Shown: piece by piece, positions 11,201-24,966 of the stretch
Position numbering within the stretch: position 1 is the first letter of the stretch
Layout of the letters: each line of letters begins with the position of its first letter
Made by a program: the position numbers and the translations under genes
Source: Mytilus edulis
Lineage: Eukaryota
Assembly (NCBI RefSeq): GCF_963676685.1
Contig: NC_092344.1
Location: 71,734,001 to 71,798,000, forward strand
DNA length: 64,000 nt
Reading direction: 5' to 3'
Notes under the pieces: model-generated
Databases searched by the model: none
What the model was told of the DNA's origin: nothing
What the model saw: the letters and a program-made list of their open reading frames with translations, nothing else

Positions 11201-14200
11201 TTACATCTTTTGACATCAGACTCGGACTTCTCTTGAACTGAATTTTAATGTGCGTATTGTTATTCTTTTACTTTTCTACATTGGCTAGAGGTATAGGGGG
11301 AGGGTTGAGATCTCATAAACATGTTTAACCCCGCCGCAATTTTGCGCCTGTCCCTAGTCAGGAGCCTCTGGCCTTTGTTAGTCTTGTATGATTTTAATTT
11401 TTAGTTTCTTGTGTATAATTCGGAGTTTAGTATGACGTCCATTATCACTGTACTATTATGCATATTTTAGGGGCCAGCTGAAGGACACCTACGGGTGCGG
11501 GAATTCTCGCTACATTGAAGACCCATTGGTTGCCTTCGGCTGTTGTTTGCTCTATGGTCGGGTGGTTGTCGCTTTGACATACTCACCATTTCCTTTCTCA
11601 ATTTTATTTTTTACATAACCTCTATGTGTAGCATTCATAGTAAGAGCCAGGAGTAAGTACAATAACCTCTCTGTGTAGCATTCATAGTTTTAGATAAGGG
11701 TGTTACTTAAAGTTTTCATGGTTGAATTTCTTGTTGCATTATCTACCATACATGTACATCATAAATTTTAACTATAGTAAGTCTACAACCTTCAATGTTA
11801 GAAATATAAGCAACTTACTATAGTTACAACTACCCGTTTATTCAGTCTTTAATTCTACCATTAAATTTATTAGTACCAGACTTGGTTTCTAGATCTACTT
11901 TATGGTTGTAAAGTTGTTTTTCTTGGACATCATTGTTACAATCTGTAGTATGACAAAATTTATAATGAAAGAATGTTTAGACTTTTTAAGTTAATACATT
12001 GTAACAAAATTCATATCAATTTTGTTAGACAGTCTTTTCAGGAAAAAACTGTGTCATGAAATCAATAGTTTACGTTTTTGGTTTGATGTGGCAAAGATTT
12101 ATTATGATGTGTTGTAGATGTGGACAATCATACCACATCATCAAATATAAAATGTATTTCATAAAGGTGTGCATGAACTATATTGATTCCCATGATTTAT
12201 AGAAATGTATATTGTTAACTTGACTTCTTAGACAAACAAAATTTACACAATCTGGACAAGACACCACCAGATGTTACAGTCAATACGTTCTATAAAAATA
12301 TGTTGTAATATAGTATTAGTTATCAATGATTTTATCATAAAAGGCCATTGATTGATATTGAGTGGCTTAAAATTTTAATTCCCATTTCATAGAATCATTT
12401 AACGTAACACAGACTAGGTTTAACTCTTTTGCTTTCCAAGAACTATTACAAATTGAAATTAGAATTAATCTGTCTCATTAATGGTCATTTAAAAAAACAA
12501 TTGGTATTATAGGTCACATGAAGTAAGCATGGTTAGTTTGGAGAATTTTTTTTTGAAAAGTAAAAAACAATGTTCATTGTCAATTGTCTTTCCAAAACAT
12601 ATGTACTGTTAATCCTATAGTTTTTTAGCTCACCTGGCCCGAAGCTTTTCTCATCACTTCGCGTCCGTCGTCATCCTCGTCCGGCGTCGTCTGTTAACTT
12701 TTACAAAAATCTTCTCCTCTGAAACTACTGGGCCAAATTAAACCAAACTTGATCACAATCATAATAGGGGTATCTTGTTTAAAAAATGTGTCCGGTGACC
12801 CGACCAACCAACCAAGTTGGCCGCTATGGCCAAAAATAGAACATAGGGGTAAAATGTAGTTTTTGGCTTATAACTCAAAAACCAAAGCATTTAGAGCAAA
12901 TCTGATATGGGATAAAATTGTTTATCAGGTCAAGATCTATCTGCCCTGAAATTTTCAGATGAATCAGTCAACCCGTTGTTGGGTTGCTGCCCCTGAATTG
13001 GTAATTTTAAGGAAATTTTGCTGTTTTTGTTATTATCTTGATTATTATTATAGATAGAGATAAACTGTAAACTGCAATAATGTTCAGCAAAGTAAGATTT
13101 ACAAACAAGTCAACATGACCGAAATGGTCAATTCACCCCCTAAGGAGTTATTGTCCTTTATAGTCAATTTTTGACAATTTTCATAAAATTTGTAAATTTT
13201 TACTAACATTTTCCACTGAAACTACCGAGTCAAGTTCCTTATAGATAGAGATAATTGTAAGCAGCAAGAATGTTCAGTAAAGTAAGATGTACAAACACAT
13301 CACCATCATCAAAACACAATTTTGTCATGAATCCATCTGCTTCCTTTGTTTAATATTCACATAGACCAAGGTAAGGGACACCGGCTCTTTAGAGCCTCTA
13401 GTTAAGGGTCATAACAAGAGATTTTTACAGGAATAAATTTCGAAAGTTTTTTGGGGAATTTTTAGTTTTACAAGGTATATAACTAATTATCATTGATTGT
13501 CCAGTGAAATTTTGTTTGGTTGAACAAATCATAATTGCCCACTGGACTGAGAGCTCAAGGTAGTCCAGAACTAACAATATAGAAGGTTGTACAATAAACT
13601 CTAAATACACCTTTTTAGCTCACATGCCCTGATGTGCCAAGAGTTTGTCCAAAATATACATGTACAAGAAACAGTAAAATACTCAATTCAGACGAGTGCT
13701 TGGATATTTTTATATTTTGTATTTTTAACTTGTTCAAATATTGTTAGTCAACCATTTGATCTTTTTTTTTCTTTTAATATTTTATAACTTCCTTTTTTGC
13801 AGACTAATGCAGAAATCCAAAAATTTGCAAAGGATAGATACAGGGCTAAATTTCCTGTATTTGGAAAAGTTAATGTTATTGAAAGTGATGTATCACCAGC
13901 ATGGCAGTATTTAATAGGTAAGTTGATAAAGAAACAGAAATTAAAACCTTTGTATTGATAATGGAAACTAACATGTTCCTGTGCTACTTCATATAATGTT
14001 TATGCTCCAGCTTAAAACACTTGTAATCATACATGTATTTTTATGTACCAGAGAGAAAACCCCTCCAAAAAAAAATAACATCAGTTGGTTTAATCACTTC
14101 AGTATATCTGGTGTAAAATGTTCAACTATTTATGAAAATTGCATTGAATTTCACTGAAGGCGATAATAAGTAGAATTTGTTTTTTTTTATTGATTTGGGT

Positions 14201-14891
14201 TTTTTTTACATAAAATTTCAATTATTTTATGCATATTCAGGACAAATATTTTTTAATTGAAAGCACAATTTTTCTCTTATGCCAAGGTTTTAATTTTTCA
14301 CATTAATGGATGCTTTTAGTATTAAACAGTGCTGAAACCATCTGGATATGAAAAAAGTTTTACACGACAACCTCTTATTTAACAATCTTGAGTTTGAAGA
14401 AATATCATTACACACTGGCAACAAAATAAGAATCTATATGTAAATGGCAACAGTCAAACAAAACAAAAAAACAAATATCAAAGATTGAAAAAGAGGGACG
14501 AAAGATACCAAAGGGACAGCCAAACTCAGAAATCTAAAATAAACTGACAACGCCATGGCTAAAAATGAAAAAGACAAACAGACAAACAGACAAACAATAG
14601 TACACATGACACAACATAGAAAACTAAAGAAGTTTTATACCACAGGTATTTTAAAACTGAAGAGACGTTGATTTTGAATGAGGTGATATATTTTTTTTTA
14701 AATATTAAAACATTTTCTCTCTCACAGATGAAACTGGTGAAGCTCCTTCCTGGAATTTCTTTAAATATCTTGTCAATGAAAATGGTGATGTACTGCATGC
14801 ATGGGGTGCTTGGACATCAGTAGATGAAATCTATTCAGTAGTACAACAAGCAGTGACAAATGCAATGAGAAGACCAAAAACAGAACTGTAA
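5234..14891 (+). CDS. GPX7: Glutathione peroxidase 7-like (Cys-type, ER-luminal), 241 aa; exons 5234-5530, 8299-8448, 13803-13917, 14728-14891
   Basis: Signal peptide, FYSFTVLDSEGKSVDLGQYKGK|ITLVVNVASECGYT (peroxidatic TGT Cys), VLAFPCNQFGKQEPG, PSWNFFKYLV, C-terminal KTEL ER-retention signal. All introns are GT-AG with consistent phases (0,0,1). Confidence 0.93.
6648..6712. repeat. 30-bp tandem duplication
   Basis: ggtcccaacctgtacttccctattacata occurs twice in tandem. Confidence 0.8.
8544..10967 (+). CDS. Retroelement reverse transcriptase ORF with one in-frame TGA (9522-9524) predicted to be selenocysteine; 807 aa from Met
   Basis: Track ORFs 8544-9524 and 9660-10967 are in the same frame; 9525-9659 is open (RKFYIEVLQKEITNSPTF...). 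TGA sits in ADKAANNIIIV-U-RK, and a SECIS follows the TAA stop. Confidence 0.82.
11008..11100 (+). promoter_or_regulatory. SECIS element (type II) in the retroelement 3' UTR
   Basis: Helix I ttatgttcttctcatat/atatgatgaagacataa; core ATGA 11032-11035 and GA 11075-11076; helix II gtatgat/attgtac; apical AAA 11048-11050 plus ccc/ggg mini-stem. Confidence 0.8.
12621..13403 (+). mobile_element. Non-autonomous Helentron/DINE-1-like element
   Basis: T-run start, subterminal gctcacctgg, (GTC)n microsatellite, 3' ccaaggt subterminal repeat and hairpin ggctctttagagcc, ending ...ctagtt. Confidence 0.7.
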
Positions 14892-17800
14892 CTTGTTAGA
14901 TAATCAAGATGACAAACACAGACATGCAAAAAAGTTTCTCACTTTTCATTTTTTTTCCCCGTATATATTAAAGAGGTCATTTTAATTTTTTTTACAGAAT
15001 ACATACTTGTAGGGATGTCATCTTTATCATTGGCTGTGTCACTAAATTTCGTATCTTTGCACATTTTTTATTTACATACCTTGTTCTTTAAGCTTGTCAT
15101 AGAATAATTTTTTATGGGTGAAATTTTATGTCATTGGTTAATTTAACCCCACTCAACAGGTGTTGAAAATATAGAAAGATTTTGTTTAAGTATATGAAAT
15201 ATGAAAAATGTCGTTCAAAAAAATATTGAATATAGCTGCAATCTTTCACTGAAATGTTTTTATGCACCTACTGAATTGATTATATCTGGTTTGCAATAAA
15301 GTAGAAATTTGCCAGGTTCTATCACAAAACTTATTGGGCTAAATGACTTATTATACCTTCTATCTATCTACATCTATCAACATAGCCCACTTACCCACAT
15401 ATAAATGTTTGCATGTCTGTAGTTTGTATTGTTAGTGCCTGTTACTTATCACTTTTAAACTTATTGAAACATATCAAATCATAATATATTGTGTACATGT
15501 GTGTGTCTTAATTGATAACATAAATAATGTATAGTTTTGTAATATGTAATATTTTTAGAATATCTAGAATTTGATGTTTTGTTTGTACATGAATTAATTA
15601 TTTTTGTATTTAGTTTTAAATTTTTTCTCATCCATGATGATCTTTGTATATTGAATTACATTAGGACTATTGCAAATTACAATTAAGGAATGACTGTAAT
15701 AATTTTTATGTCTATGAAGAAATAACATAAAAAATATGGTGCACACTGAATAACGGGCGCGTTTTAAACCGTAGAAAACCATGAAAAAATGTTGATAACG
15801 TCATGTTCACATGACTTAATTATGTTAATGGGCTGATAACAAAATAACGTCAGCCAATCAGAAGACGCGTTACATCCAAAATTAAATTATTACTTAATAA
15901 TATGAAAGATGAACTTGAATTTCTCACAAAGTACAATAGTTTTGTAATCATGATATGGTAAGGACTGATCTGAATTTGCCACATCATAGATCTACGAAAA
16001 TGTTTTCGAATAAATCATTACAAAATACAATGTATATCTTTACTTGGGATTTTACAAGCTTAACTTTTAGATGCATAAAGACCTGGTTTCATTTGTTTAT
16101 ACTTCGTTTTATTAGTTCAGTATTATTTTTGTCAGAATTTTACTTAAAAATATTTTACAATTTTGTTTTAATTGGTTATATTTATTTGAGATATACATTC
16201 TTTTTGCATGATATTTTTGTTTGTTTGTTTTTATTTTCTTATGAATGATATTCAGATGTATATATTGTTCTTCATCTCATCATTTGCAAGAGTTCTGATC
16301 ATTAGAACTTTTTCAATATTATGTACGATTGTCTGAAATTGTGATTGTGTTAATACAAATATGTAGGTCAACTTGCACTTTTTTCTTGAAACCCTTACAA
16401 AATAGTTTACCAATCTGTTGTATTTTTGCATTGACAATTACTAAATGGCTTTTGGAAAATTAATAACCATTTCTATATTAATGTTTGCTACTTCTATTTG
16501 AGAATAAGCTACTTTATAACATAGTTAACATACAAGAAGGTTATGATATATTTTTATATAGTTGGATACCAGATTTTTGTGTGTCATACGGTAACAGGTG
16601 ACCACAAATATAAATGTTCATTTAAAATTTTTATGCATATACATACTTTGAAAAACCAACAAAATCAAATGTCCATTATATTTTTTTTCAAGTTTTACTC
16701 TATCCAAAAAAATCGATACTGACAATACACAGTTGTTTATTAGGTTTTTTAATCCTTAATATTGTCAAATTAATTTTCTAAACTAGTTACCCAATAGAAG
16801 TCATTTTGACCATAAATATGATAAATATGATCAAAAGTGTGTTTTTTGTTGTTGCTTTTAATGTAATTTGAATGGTCTTTAACACTCATGACTGGAATTT
16901 TGTAATTTAATCTGGTAACTTTTCATGGGAACATAAATTTATTTGAAGGCATTAAATTGTCAGAGAAGTAGGTAGAATTCATCTATGTGCCTAGATAGGG
17001 ACAGCAAAAGTAAGATGATTAAATTGAATGAAAGAGTATGTCTGTTATCATTGTTTATTAGGATATTTTTGTTATGTTGACAGGATTTTTGTAACTTGGT
17101 GTGAAATATTATGTAGCAAAACAATGGACCATTTTTTATTGGTATTGTAGATACTAATCATTTTATGTTTAGTTATATGCATAAGCAGTGTAGCAAAAGG
17201 GGCTTTTCATCAATTAATATATGAAATTGGGAGAATATATAGATATGATGATTGTATCCACTAGGGGTAGAATATTTATTTCTTTTGAAACTTTTGAAGT
17301 AAGGCTTTTACAGCTTTTAAAATTAACAAGCCATACGAAAAACTGGTAATTTTTTAATTCAAACACAAAGAGTTCGCAATAGCAATAGAAAAATCAACAA
17401 TTTGTTCAAAAGTGGATAATCAATTGAAGAATTAGATAAAAATATATGAAAAAGAAATGTGAGTTCTTCAAATATTAAAGTTACACACGACAAACAAGAC
17501 AGTTAAAAAATGTTTGTTTTTTTACTTTTGGATTTGTCAAATGCATGTAGGATTGTTAAAAATACAACTATCCCTTTCCTGTTGATTAAGAGGTCTGAAA
17601 CTGTTATTGTTCAACATGGCAGCTGATATTGTTGTTCCCACTGGGATATTTAGTTCTCATTAATTATCGTTGCCATCAAATTTCTTTACACTGCTTATGC
17701 TATTACTTTTAGGGATGGGAAATATATATGGTGCTACTGAATCTCAATTTGTGCAATATTTTTTGTTTTGTTTTTTAGAAATAAATACTTTTGTTTGTAT

Positions 17801-18115
17801 ATAAGTGTTGTATTTGGCCTTTTTAGACTTAAAAGATGTAATGTGGAGCATTTTGCCATTACACAATTGCTGTTGAAACAAAAACTTTTGATTTTTATCA
17901 ATATGATGTTCTGTAGAAGTTGTTACTAATACTAATAATAAGGAAGGAATAATAGGTGTTGGAATCATCCAACTGACAGGTCCATCTCAGTATTTGGTTG
18001 TGGCCTGTTATCTATTTCCTGCATGAAAAGCTATTTATCTTATCACATTGAACAGAGTGTGGTATGAATAAGTGTTACACAATGTGTGACATAAATGCTT
18101 AATTTTGTGTGCTTA

Positions 18116-19448
18116 TTATACCCCTCGCAACGAAGTTGCGGAGGGTATAATGTTTTTGACCCATCCGTCCGTCCGTCCGTCAGTCGTACCGTCCGTCCGT
18201 CCGTCCGTCCGTCAGTCCGTCAGTCCTGTTTCTTGTCATCGCAACTCCTCTCAAACCACACAACAGAATTTCACGAAACCTTTTCAGATAATAAGGACAT
18301 ACTATGTAGTTGTGCATATCGACGGGAAATTGCGATTCAATTTTTTTTCTAGGAGTTACGCCCCTTTGAACTTATTTACTTTAATGTACTACTGCAACAG
18401 TTTGTCATCGCAACTCCTCTCAAACCACACAACAGAATTTCACGAAACCTTTTCAGATAATAAGGACATACTATGTAGTTGTGCATATCGACGGGAAATG
18501 GCGATTCAATTTTTTTTCTAGGAGTTACGCCCCTTTGAACTTATTTACTTTAATGTACTACTGCAACAGTTTGTCATCGCAACTCCTCTCAAACCACACA
18601 ACAGAATTTCACGAAACCTTTTCAGATAATAAGGACATACTATGTAGTTGTGCATATCGACGGGAAATTGCGATTCAATTTTTTTTCTAGGAGTTACGCC
18701 CCTTTGAACTTATTTACTTTAATGTACTACTGCAACAGTTTGTCATCGCAACTCCTCTCAAACCACACAACAGAATTTCACGAAACCTTTTCAGATAATA
18801 AGGACATACTATGTAGTTGTGCATATCGACGGGAAATTGCGATTCAATTTTTTTTCTAGGAGTTACGCCCCTTTGAACTTATTTACTTTAATGTACTACT
18901 GCAACAGTTTGTCGTCGCAACTCCTCTCAAACCACACAACAGAATTTCACGAAACCTTTTCAGATAATAAGGACATACTATGTAGTTGTGCATATCGACG
19001 GGAAATTGCGATTCAATTTTTTTTCTAGGAGTTACGCCCCTTTGAACTTATTTACTTTAATGTACTACTGCAACAGTTTGTCATGGCAACTCCTCTCAAA
19101 CCACACAACAGAATTTCATGAAACCTTTTCAGATAATAAGGACATACTATGTAGTTGTGCATATCGACGGGAAATTGCGATTCAATTTTTTTTCTAGGAG
19201 TTACGCCCCTTTGAACTTATTTACTTTAATGTACTACTGCAACAGTTTGTCATCGCAACTCCTCTCAAACCACACAACAGAATTTCATGAAACTTTGTAG
19301 ATAATAAGGACATACTATGTATATTGACAGGAAATTATTATTCAATATTTTTTCTTATACAATTTTTTTTTCTTATACTTAATTAATTTCTCCAATGACA
19401 ATGTGGGGACGTGGGGTATGTGAGCGTGCTCACTAAGGTTCTTTAATT
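18116..19448 (+). mobile_element. Helentron/DINE-like (pearl-type) element carrying a 169-bp tandem array
   Basis: 5' hairpin ttatacccctcgcaac...gttgcggagggtataa, (GTCC)n microsatellite, tandem core, 3' ggggtat subterminal repeat and hairpin gtgagcgtgctcac. Confidence 0.8.
18233..19320. repeat. 169-bp tandem repeat, about 6.4 near-identical copies
   Basis: The repeated track ORF ends at 18352, 18521, 18690, 18859, 19028 and 19197, exactly 169 bp apart. Confidence 0.95.
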
Positions 19449-19699
19449 CTGCATTTGTTTTGAAATAATGACATTATCATGTCAATGTTGACGTTCAAAG
19501 TCTTTATTCATTCTTGACAACATGTTTGTGATTTCATCAATAATAAACAAACCATTCAAATGTTTGACCTAAAATAAACATTTTGAAAATAAAGGCAACA
19601 GTAGTATACCACTGTTCAAAAGTCAAAAATCGATTCAGAGAAAACAAATTCCGATTATTAAAACCGAGGGAAACACATCAAAAAGATTTCACCAGAACA

Positions 19700-21679
19700 T
19701 TTTTATACGACCGCAAAATTTGAAAAAATTTTCGTCGTATATTGCTATCACGTTGGCGTCGTCGTCTGCGTCGTCGTCCGAATACTTTTAGTTTTCGCAC
19801 TCTAACTTTAGTAAAATTGAATGGAAATCTATGAAATTTTAACACAAGGTTTATGACCACAAAAGGAAGGTTGGTATTGATTTTGGGAGTTTTGGTCCCA
19901 ACATTTTAGGAATTAGGGGCCAAAAAGGGCCCAAATAAGCATTTTCTTGGTTTTCGCACTATAACTTTAGTTTAAGTTAATAGAAATCTATGAAATTTTG
20001 ACACAAGGTTTATGACCACAAAAGAACAGTTGGGATTGATTTTGGGAGTTTTGGTTTCAACAGTTTAGGAATTAGGGGCCAAAAAAGGGCCCAAATAAGC
20101 ATTATTCTTGGTTTTCGCACAATAACTTTAGTTTAAGTAAATAGAAATCAATGAAATTTAAACACAATGTTAATGACTACAAAAGGAAGGTTGGTATTGA
20201 TTTTGGGAGTTTAGGTCCCAACAGTTTAGGAATTAGGGGCCAAAAAGGGACCCAAATAAGCATTTTTCTTGGTTTTCGCACCATAACGTTAGTATAAGTA
20301 AATAGAAATTTATGAAATTTAAACACAAGGTTTATGACCATAAAAGGAAGGTTGGTATTGATTTTGGGAGTTTTGGTCCCAACAGAATAAGGGGCCCAAA
20401 GGGTCCAAAATTAAACTTTGTTTGATTTCATCAAAATTGAATAATTGGGGTTCTTTGATATGCCGAATCTAACTGTCATGACTGTGTATGTAGATTCTTA
20501 ACTTTTGGTCCCGTTTTCAAATTGGTCTACATTAAGGTCCAAAGGGTCCAAAATTAAACTTAGTTTGATTTTGACAAAAAATGAATCAGTTAGGTTCTTT
20601 GATATGCTGAATCTAAAAATGTACTTAGATTCTTGATTATCGGCCCAGTTTTCAAGTTGGTCCAAATCGGGGTCCAAAATTAAACTTTGTTTGATTTCAT
20701 CAAAAATTGAATAAATGGGGTTCTTTGATATACCAAAATCTAACTGTGTATGTAGATTCTTCATTTTTGGTCCTGTTTTCAAATTGGTCTACACTAAAGT
20801 CCAAAGGGTCCAAAATTAAACTTAGTCTGATTTTAACAAAAATTGAAATCTTGGGGTTCTTTGATATGCTGAATCTAAAAATGTACTTAGATTTTTTATT
20901 ATGGGCCCAGTTTTCAAGTTGGTCCAAATCAGGATCTAAAATTATTATATTAAGTATTGTGCAATAGCAAGTCTTTTCAATTGCACAGTATTGCGCAATG
21001 GCAAGAAATATCTAATTACACAATATTGTGAAATAGCAAATTTTTTTTAATTAGAGTTATCTTTCTTTGTCCAGAATAGTAAGCAAGAAATATCTAATTG
21101 CAAAATATTGTGCTATAGCAAGATTTTTTTTTAATTGGAGTTATCTTTCTTTGTCCAGAATCAACTTAAATCTTTGTTATATACAATATACAATGTATAT
21201 TCACTTTTTACTACCAACTGATAAATTAAAATAATCTTTACCATTCAGTGATAACAAGCAGTTTTTTTTACATCTTAATATTTTATGATGTATTTAAATG
21301 AGTAGTTATTGTTTCAAACTCCATTAGAAATTTTAATTGAGATTAGTTTTGGAATAAGGGAAAGGGGGATGTGATTAAAAAAATTGGGTTCAATTTTTCT
21401 CATTTGAAATTTAATAAATAAAAAAGAAAATTTCTTCAAACATTTTTTTGAGAGGATTAATATTCAACAGCATAGTGAATTGCTCTAAGAGAAAACAAAA
21501 TTTTTAAGTTCATTAGAACACATTCATTCTGTGTCAGAAACCTATGCTGTGTCAACTATTTAATCACAATCCAAATTTAGAGCTGAATCCAGCTTGAATG
21601 TTGTGTCCATACTTGCCCCAACCGTTCAGGGTTCAACCTCTGCGGTCGTATAAAGCTACGCCCTGCGGAGCATCTGGTT
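19700..21679 (+). mobile_element. Helentron/DINE-like element with two internal tandem arrays (~160 bp x3.7 and ~270 bp x2)
   Basis: Subterminal inverted repeats tttatacgaccgca (near 19701) and tgcggtcgtataaa (21641-21654), (GTC)n tract, 3' hairpin gctacgccctgcggagc. Confidence 0.8.
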
Positions 21680-23029
21680 ACCATTAGATAAATGGGTTTA
21701 ATTGGCAACTGCTTGGCAATATCCAATTCTCACTCATGCTATCATTTGGCCTCTTGAATTAAGAAAATAGTGAAATCTGCAACTCCTTTAACATGTTAGT
21801 TCTGTTGACAAATGAATAAGATGACCTGGACTATTTAGTATTGAAATATCGATTGTGATATAGTATGGTATAACCATGTTGAAACTGTTATGGTCCCATA
21901 TAATCGGAGAAGGATACATATTTACTTCAGTGTAACTATTTGTAAGGTCAAAATTTACTTACAACATGGACAGGAATTAAGGCAAAACATAGTTTCCAGA
22001 AGCTAATAACAGATTGAACAAAACTGAAATGTAGGGTCTCATATTTTGATTTGGAGATTGCTTTTAATTTTGAGACCACTGTGTTCAGAGTCAAGCTCCA
22101 AGCTACTGAAAATAGACTGAAATTAGCACTTTTTTGATAATAACTCTAGAACCTTACATGGAATTGCATGGACATGTGTATATATATTGTCACACATAAT
22201 GAGAGAATTATCTCCAATTTTGAGGTCAAGATCAAAGTTACTCAAATTATACTGAACTATATATATTCAGAAAAGAAATTTCAGGCTTATGATACTACAA
22301 CTAAACCTCAAACGAATGTATAGCAACTGTCATTCATATTCCTGACCTAGGAAAGGCATTTTCTTAGCATAAAAGTCCAAAATTTTGACAATTCGTACAT
22401 AAAACAATGGTAAAAAAGTCGAGAAGGGGGTAAAATCACTTTCGATGAAACAGCACTGACCTATCCAACAGATGATGAGTGTTTTCATGCAGTAAACTGT
22501 ATTTCTGCTTGTTATCCTTTGAAATGATTTCATGTTTTGGATAATTAAAAGATTATTAATTCACAAAGTACAAAATGTTAAGCCAATTCATCTTAATGTT
22601 GAACAATAAAAAGTAAAATCACAAAATGTATACTGAACTTCTAGAAAAAACGAAAGTCCCTAATCAAATGGCAAAATCAAGTACCGGTACATCATGCAAA
22701 TAATCAAATTTACAATAATTCCATTTCTTACATATATCTGTGTGATAATGATGTTTGATAATCACCATAACCCTCATTTTGGGAGGCCAGAGTTGCCAAT
22801 TTATCAATAAACAGGTGATTTCTAAAGATTACATTTAGCGAGGGGGTAATGTGAGTATTAAAACAACATGATACTAATAACTGATTGCCAATGAGAAACC
22901 CTCAATGGAGACCAAAGTATTCAGACAGATGGTTTGCCATTTAGGTCGCCGTACGGCTAACGAAGGTTCTAATACACATATAGTTGTTCGAAAAATTAGA
23001 TACATTTGCCAAGTCGTACATCAAAAGTT

Positions 23030-23152
23030 GTTTTGCCGTATTTGGCACAACTTTCTGAAACTTTGGGTTCTCAATGCTCTTCAATTTTATACTTGTTTGG
23101 CTTTCTAACCATTTGATCTCGGCGTCACTGACGAGTATTATATGGACGAAAC
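23030..23152 (+). mobile_element. Fragment of the hammerhead-ribozyme-bearing repeat family (retrozyme/PLE-like)
   Basis: ggcgtcaCTGACGAgtattatatggacGAAAc, preceded by family sequence shared with 35040-35300 (-) and 30560-30680 (-). Confidence 0.6.
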
Positions 23153-24966
23153 TATTTACCCATGTCAAAATCTTTTAAAAATCTGTAAGCAAAGAATCTT
23201 TTTGAGTAAGCCCTTGACTCAAAATGAAGATGTGATGTTTTGCATTAAACGCAAGATGTTGTGCACCCAAATAATTTTATATTAAAAAACATAAGTACTG
23301 ATATTTGACAATTTGATATCGTGTGAAATTTGACGGCTGTTAATTAAAAGATTTTAACGACTTTTAAATTCATTGGGGAAAATGGAGATTTATCATACCT
23401 TCTCCTTCGGTTTCATAAATTCAGTATTCGGAAATTACTGCTATCAATACCTAATGCAGATCTAATTTTCTCGATATTTCCTGTGGTTGCAACTGTTATC
23501 TAATGGGAATATATCTGTGGTCCAGCAATGTTCTCTGCATCTTAACATAATTTTGTTACATATTTGTTTGTTTTTATAGTGATTAAGATTATAACACTAT
23601 GTTGACTGCAGTATTCCAATTTTTGACATTTTTATCTATTGTGTCTGTTTGTTTTGTTTACACATCGTTGTAAATATAATTAAATTTTATGCGACTTCCA
23701 TATACAAGTAAGAGGTTTAGCTAGCTATACAACCAGGTTTAATCCACCATTTTCTACATAAGAAAGTGCCTGTACCAAGTCAGGAATATGGCAGTTGTTA
23801 TTCATTCGTTAGAAGTGTTTAATATTTTGATTTTGCCATTTGATTAGGGAAAACGGTTTGAATTCTCATCGGAGTAAGATATTTTTGTTATCTATTTTTG
23901 ATTGTAAATTTTGTATTAGAAATACACATGTATAAGTACTGATATCTGACAATTTGATACTGTGTGAACTTTGATGGCTATTTATTTGAGATTTTGATTA
24001 GAGACAACGGTTTGAATTTTCCTCGGAGTTCGGTATTTTTGTTGTTTTACTTTTTTTCATACAGGAATACGATTGCTTTCGCCTTTAACGTGTTTAGCTT
24101 GATTATAGTGTCACTGGTATAGACGAAACGCACAATTGAAGTACTAGATTATAGGTTTGACATCTTCGGTGTTCAGTGTTTTGTGAACGGATGTCTTATT
24201 TCTTATTGTGATTTTTTTTTCTTTCAAACAACCACTGGTTATACATGTTATATACCACTGCTCAGTGATAACTATTCGTACCGAATGTACCCCAGCCTTG
24301 TATCGCGTCGACAGTGTTAGTTTTTTGCTTAGCGTGCAACGTGAATTTACACGTACTATATAGTCAAAATGTCTTAATCATAAGTAAGACACAATCGATA
24401 AATTTTCAGTTTTTCCTATGTATAAATGACCGATTTAGTAATTTTGAGTAAGACCTTCAACCTATTTTGATTTGAGCGAAATTGATGAACTTATCACAGT
24501 GTAGAAGAATCACGCGACTGGGAGGTTGGATTATACATCCATGTTACGCACAGCTCATGATTCTATTGTGCTATTGTGAGAATATCGTCAATTCATTTTA
24601 GATGTTCGTTTTTATTCTGTGCTTTACATGTTGACATAAACTATAATGTTGTTTATTTCTGTATTTCTCTGTCTTGAGTATTCTTGCATTTATTTATGCT
24701 GTTAAGGAATGTCGTCATTTTAGCGATATTTTAACATTGTCATTAATCGGGGAGTGGGGGTGGATGGTTGGCCAGCCATAAAACTTTTTTTTCTTTCTAA
24801 AAATGTCCCGTACCAAGTCAGGAAGATTGCAGTTGTTTCTATGTCTGAAGGCGTTTGTTTTTGAAGCAGTACATTGTTTTTGTTGTTCTGTTGATTTCCA
24901 TTCGGTTTGTAACCCGGGTTTGTTTCAGTTAAATCAATTTATGACTATTGACCAGCGGTATACTAC

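Larger units (their letters stand above)
8501..11612 (+). mobile_element. Penelope-like retroelement of Naiad type (endonuclease N-terminal to RT), 5'-truncated, in GPx7 intron 2 in sense orientation
   Basis: Frame begins KLQTVYPLGLND (tail of a GIY-YIG domain), then SCNC...HVITGDL, then RT motifs DFSTLYT, GIPMGTNCAPLIADLFL and RYLDD; no C-terminal endonuclease; about 640-nt 3' UTR. Confidence 0.9.
8439..11688 (+). repeat. Three ~45-bp tandem copies of the GPx7 exon 2 donor region, copy 2 split by the retroelement
   Basis: aagagccaggaGTAAGTacataacct.tctgtgtagcattcatagt at 8439-8483, at 8484-8500 plus 11613-11641, and at 11642-11688. Confidence 0.85.

Noticed and set aside
18095-19300. Repeated 69-aa ORFs or a CRISPR-like array
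   Set aside because: Translations of a 169-bp satellite with no unique spacers, in a eukaryotic context.
22330-22533. ORF ending MPFLGQEYE, like the FBXO N-terminus MPFLGQDW
   Set aside because: Chance translation of the degenerate 'tgcctgtaccaagtcaggaatatga' repeat; no further similarity.
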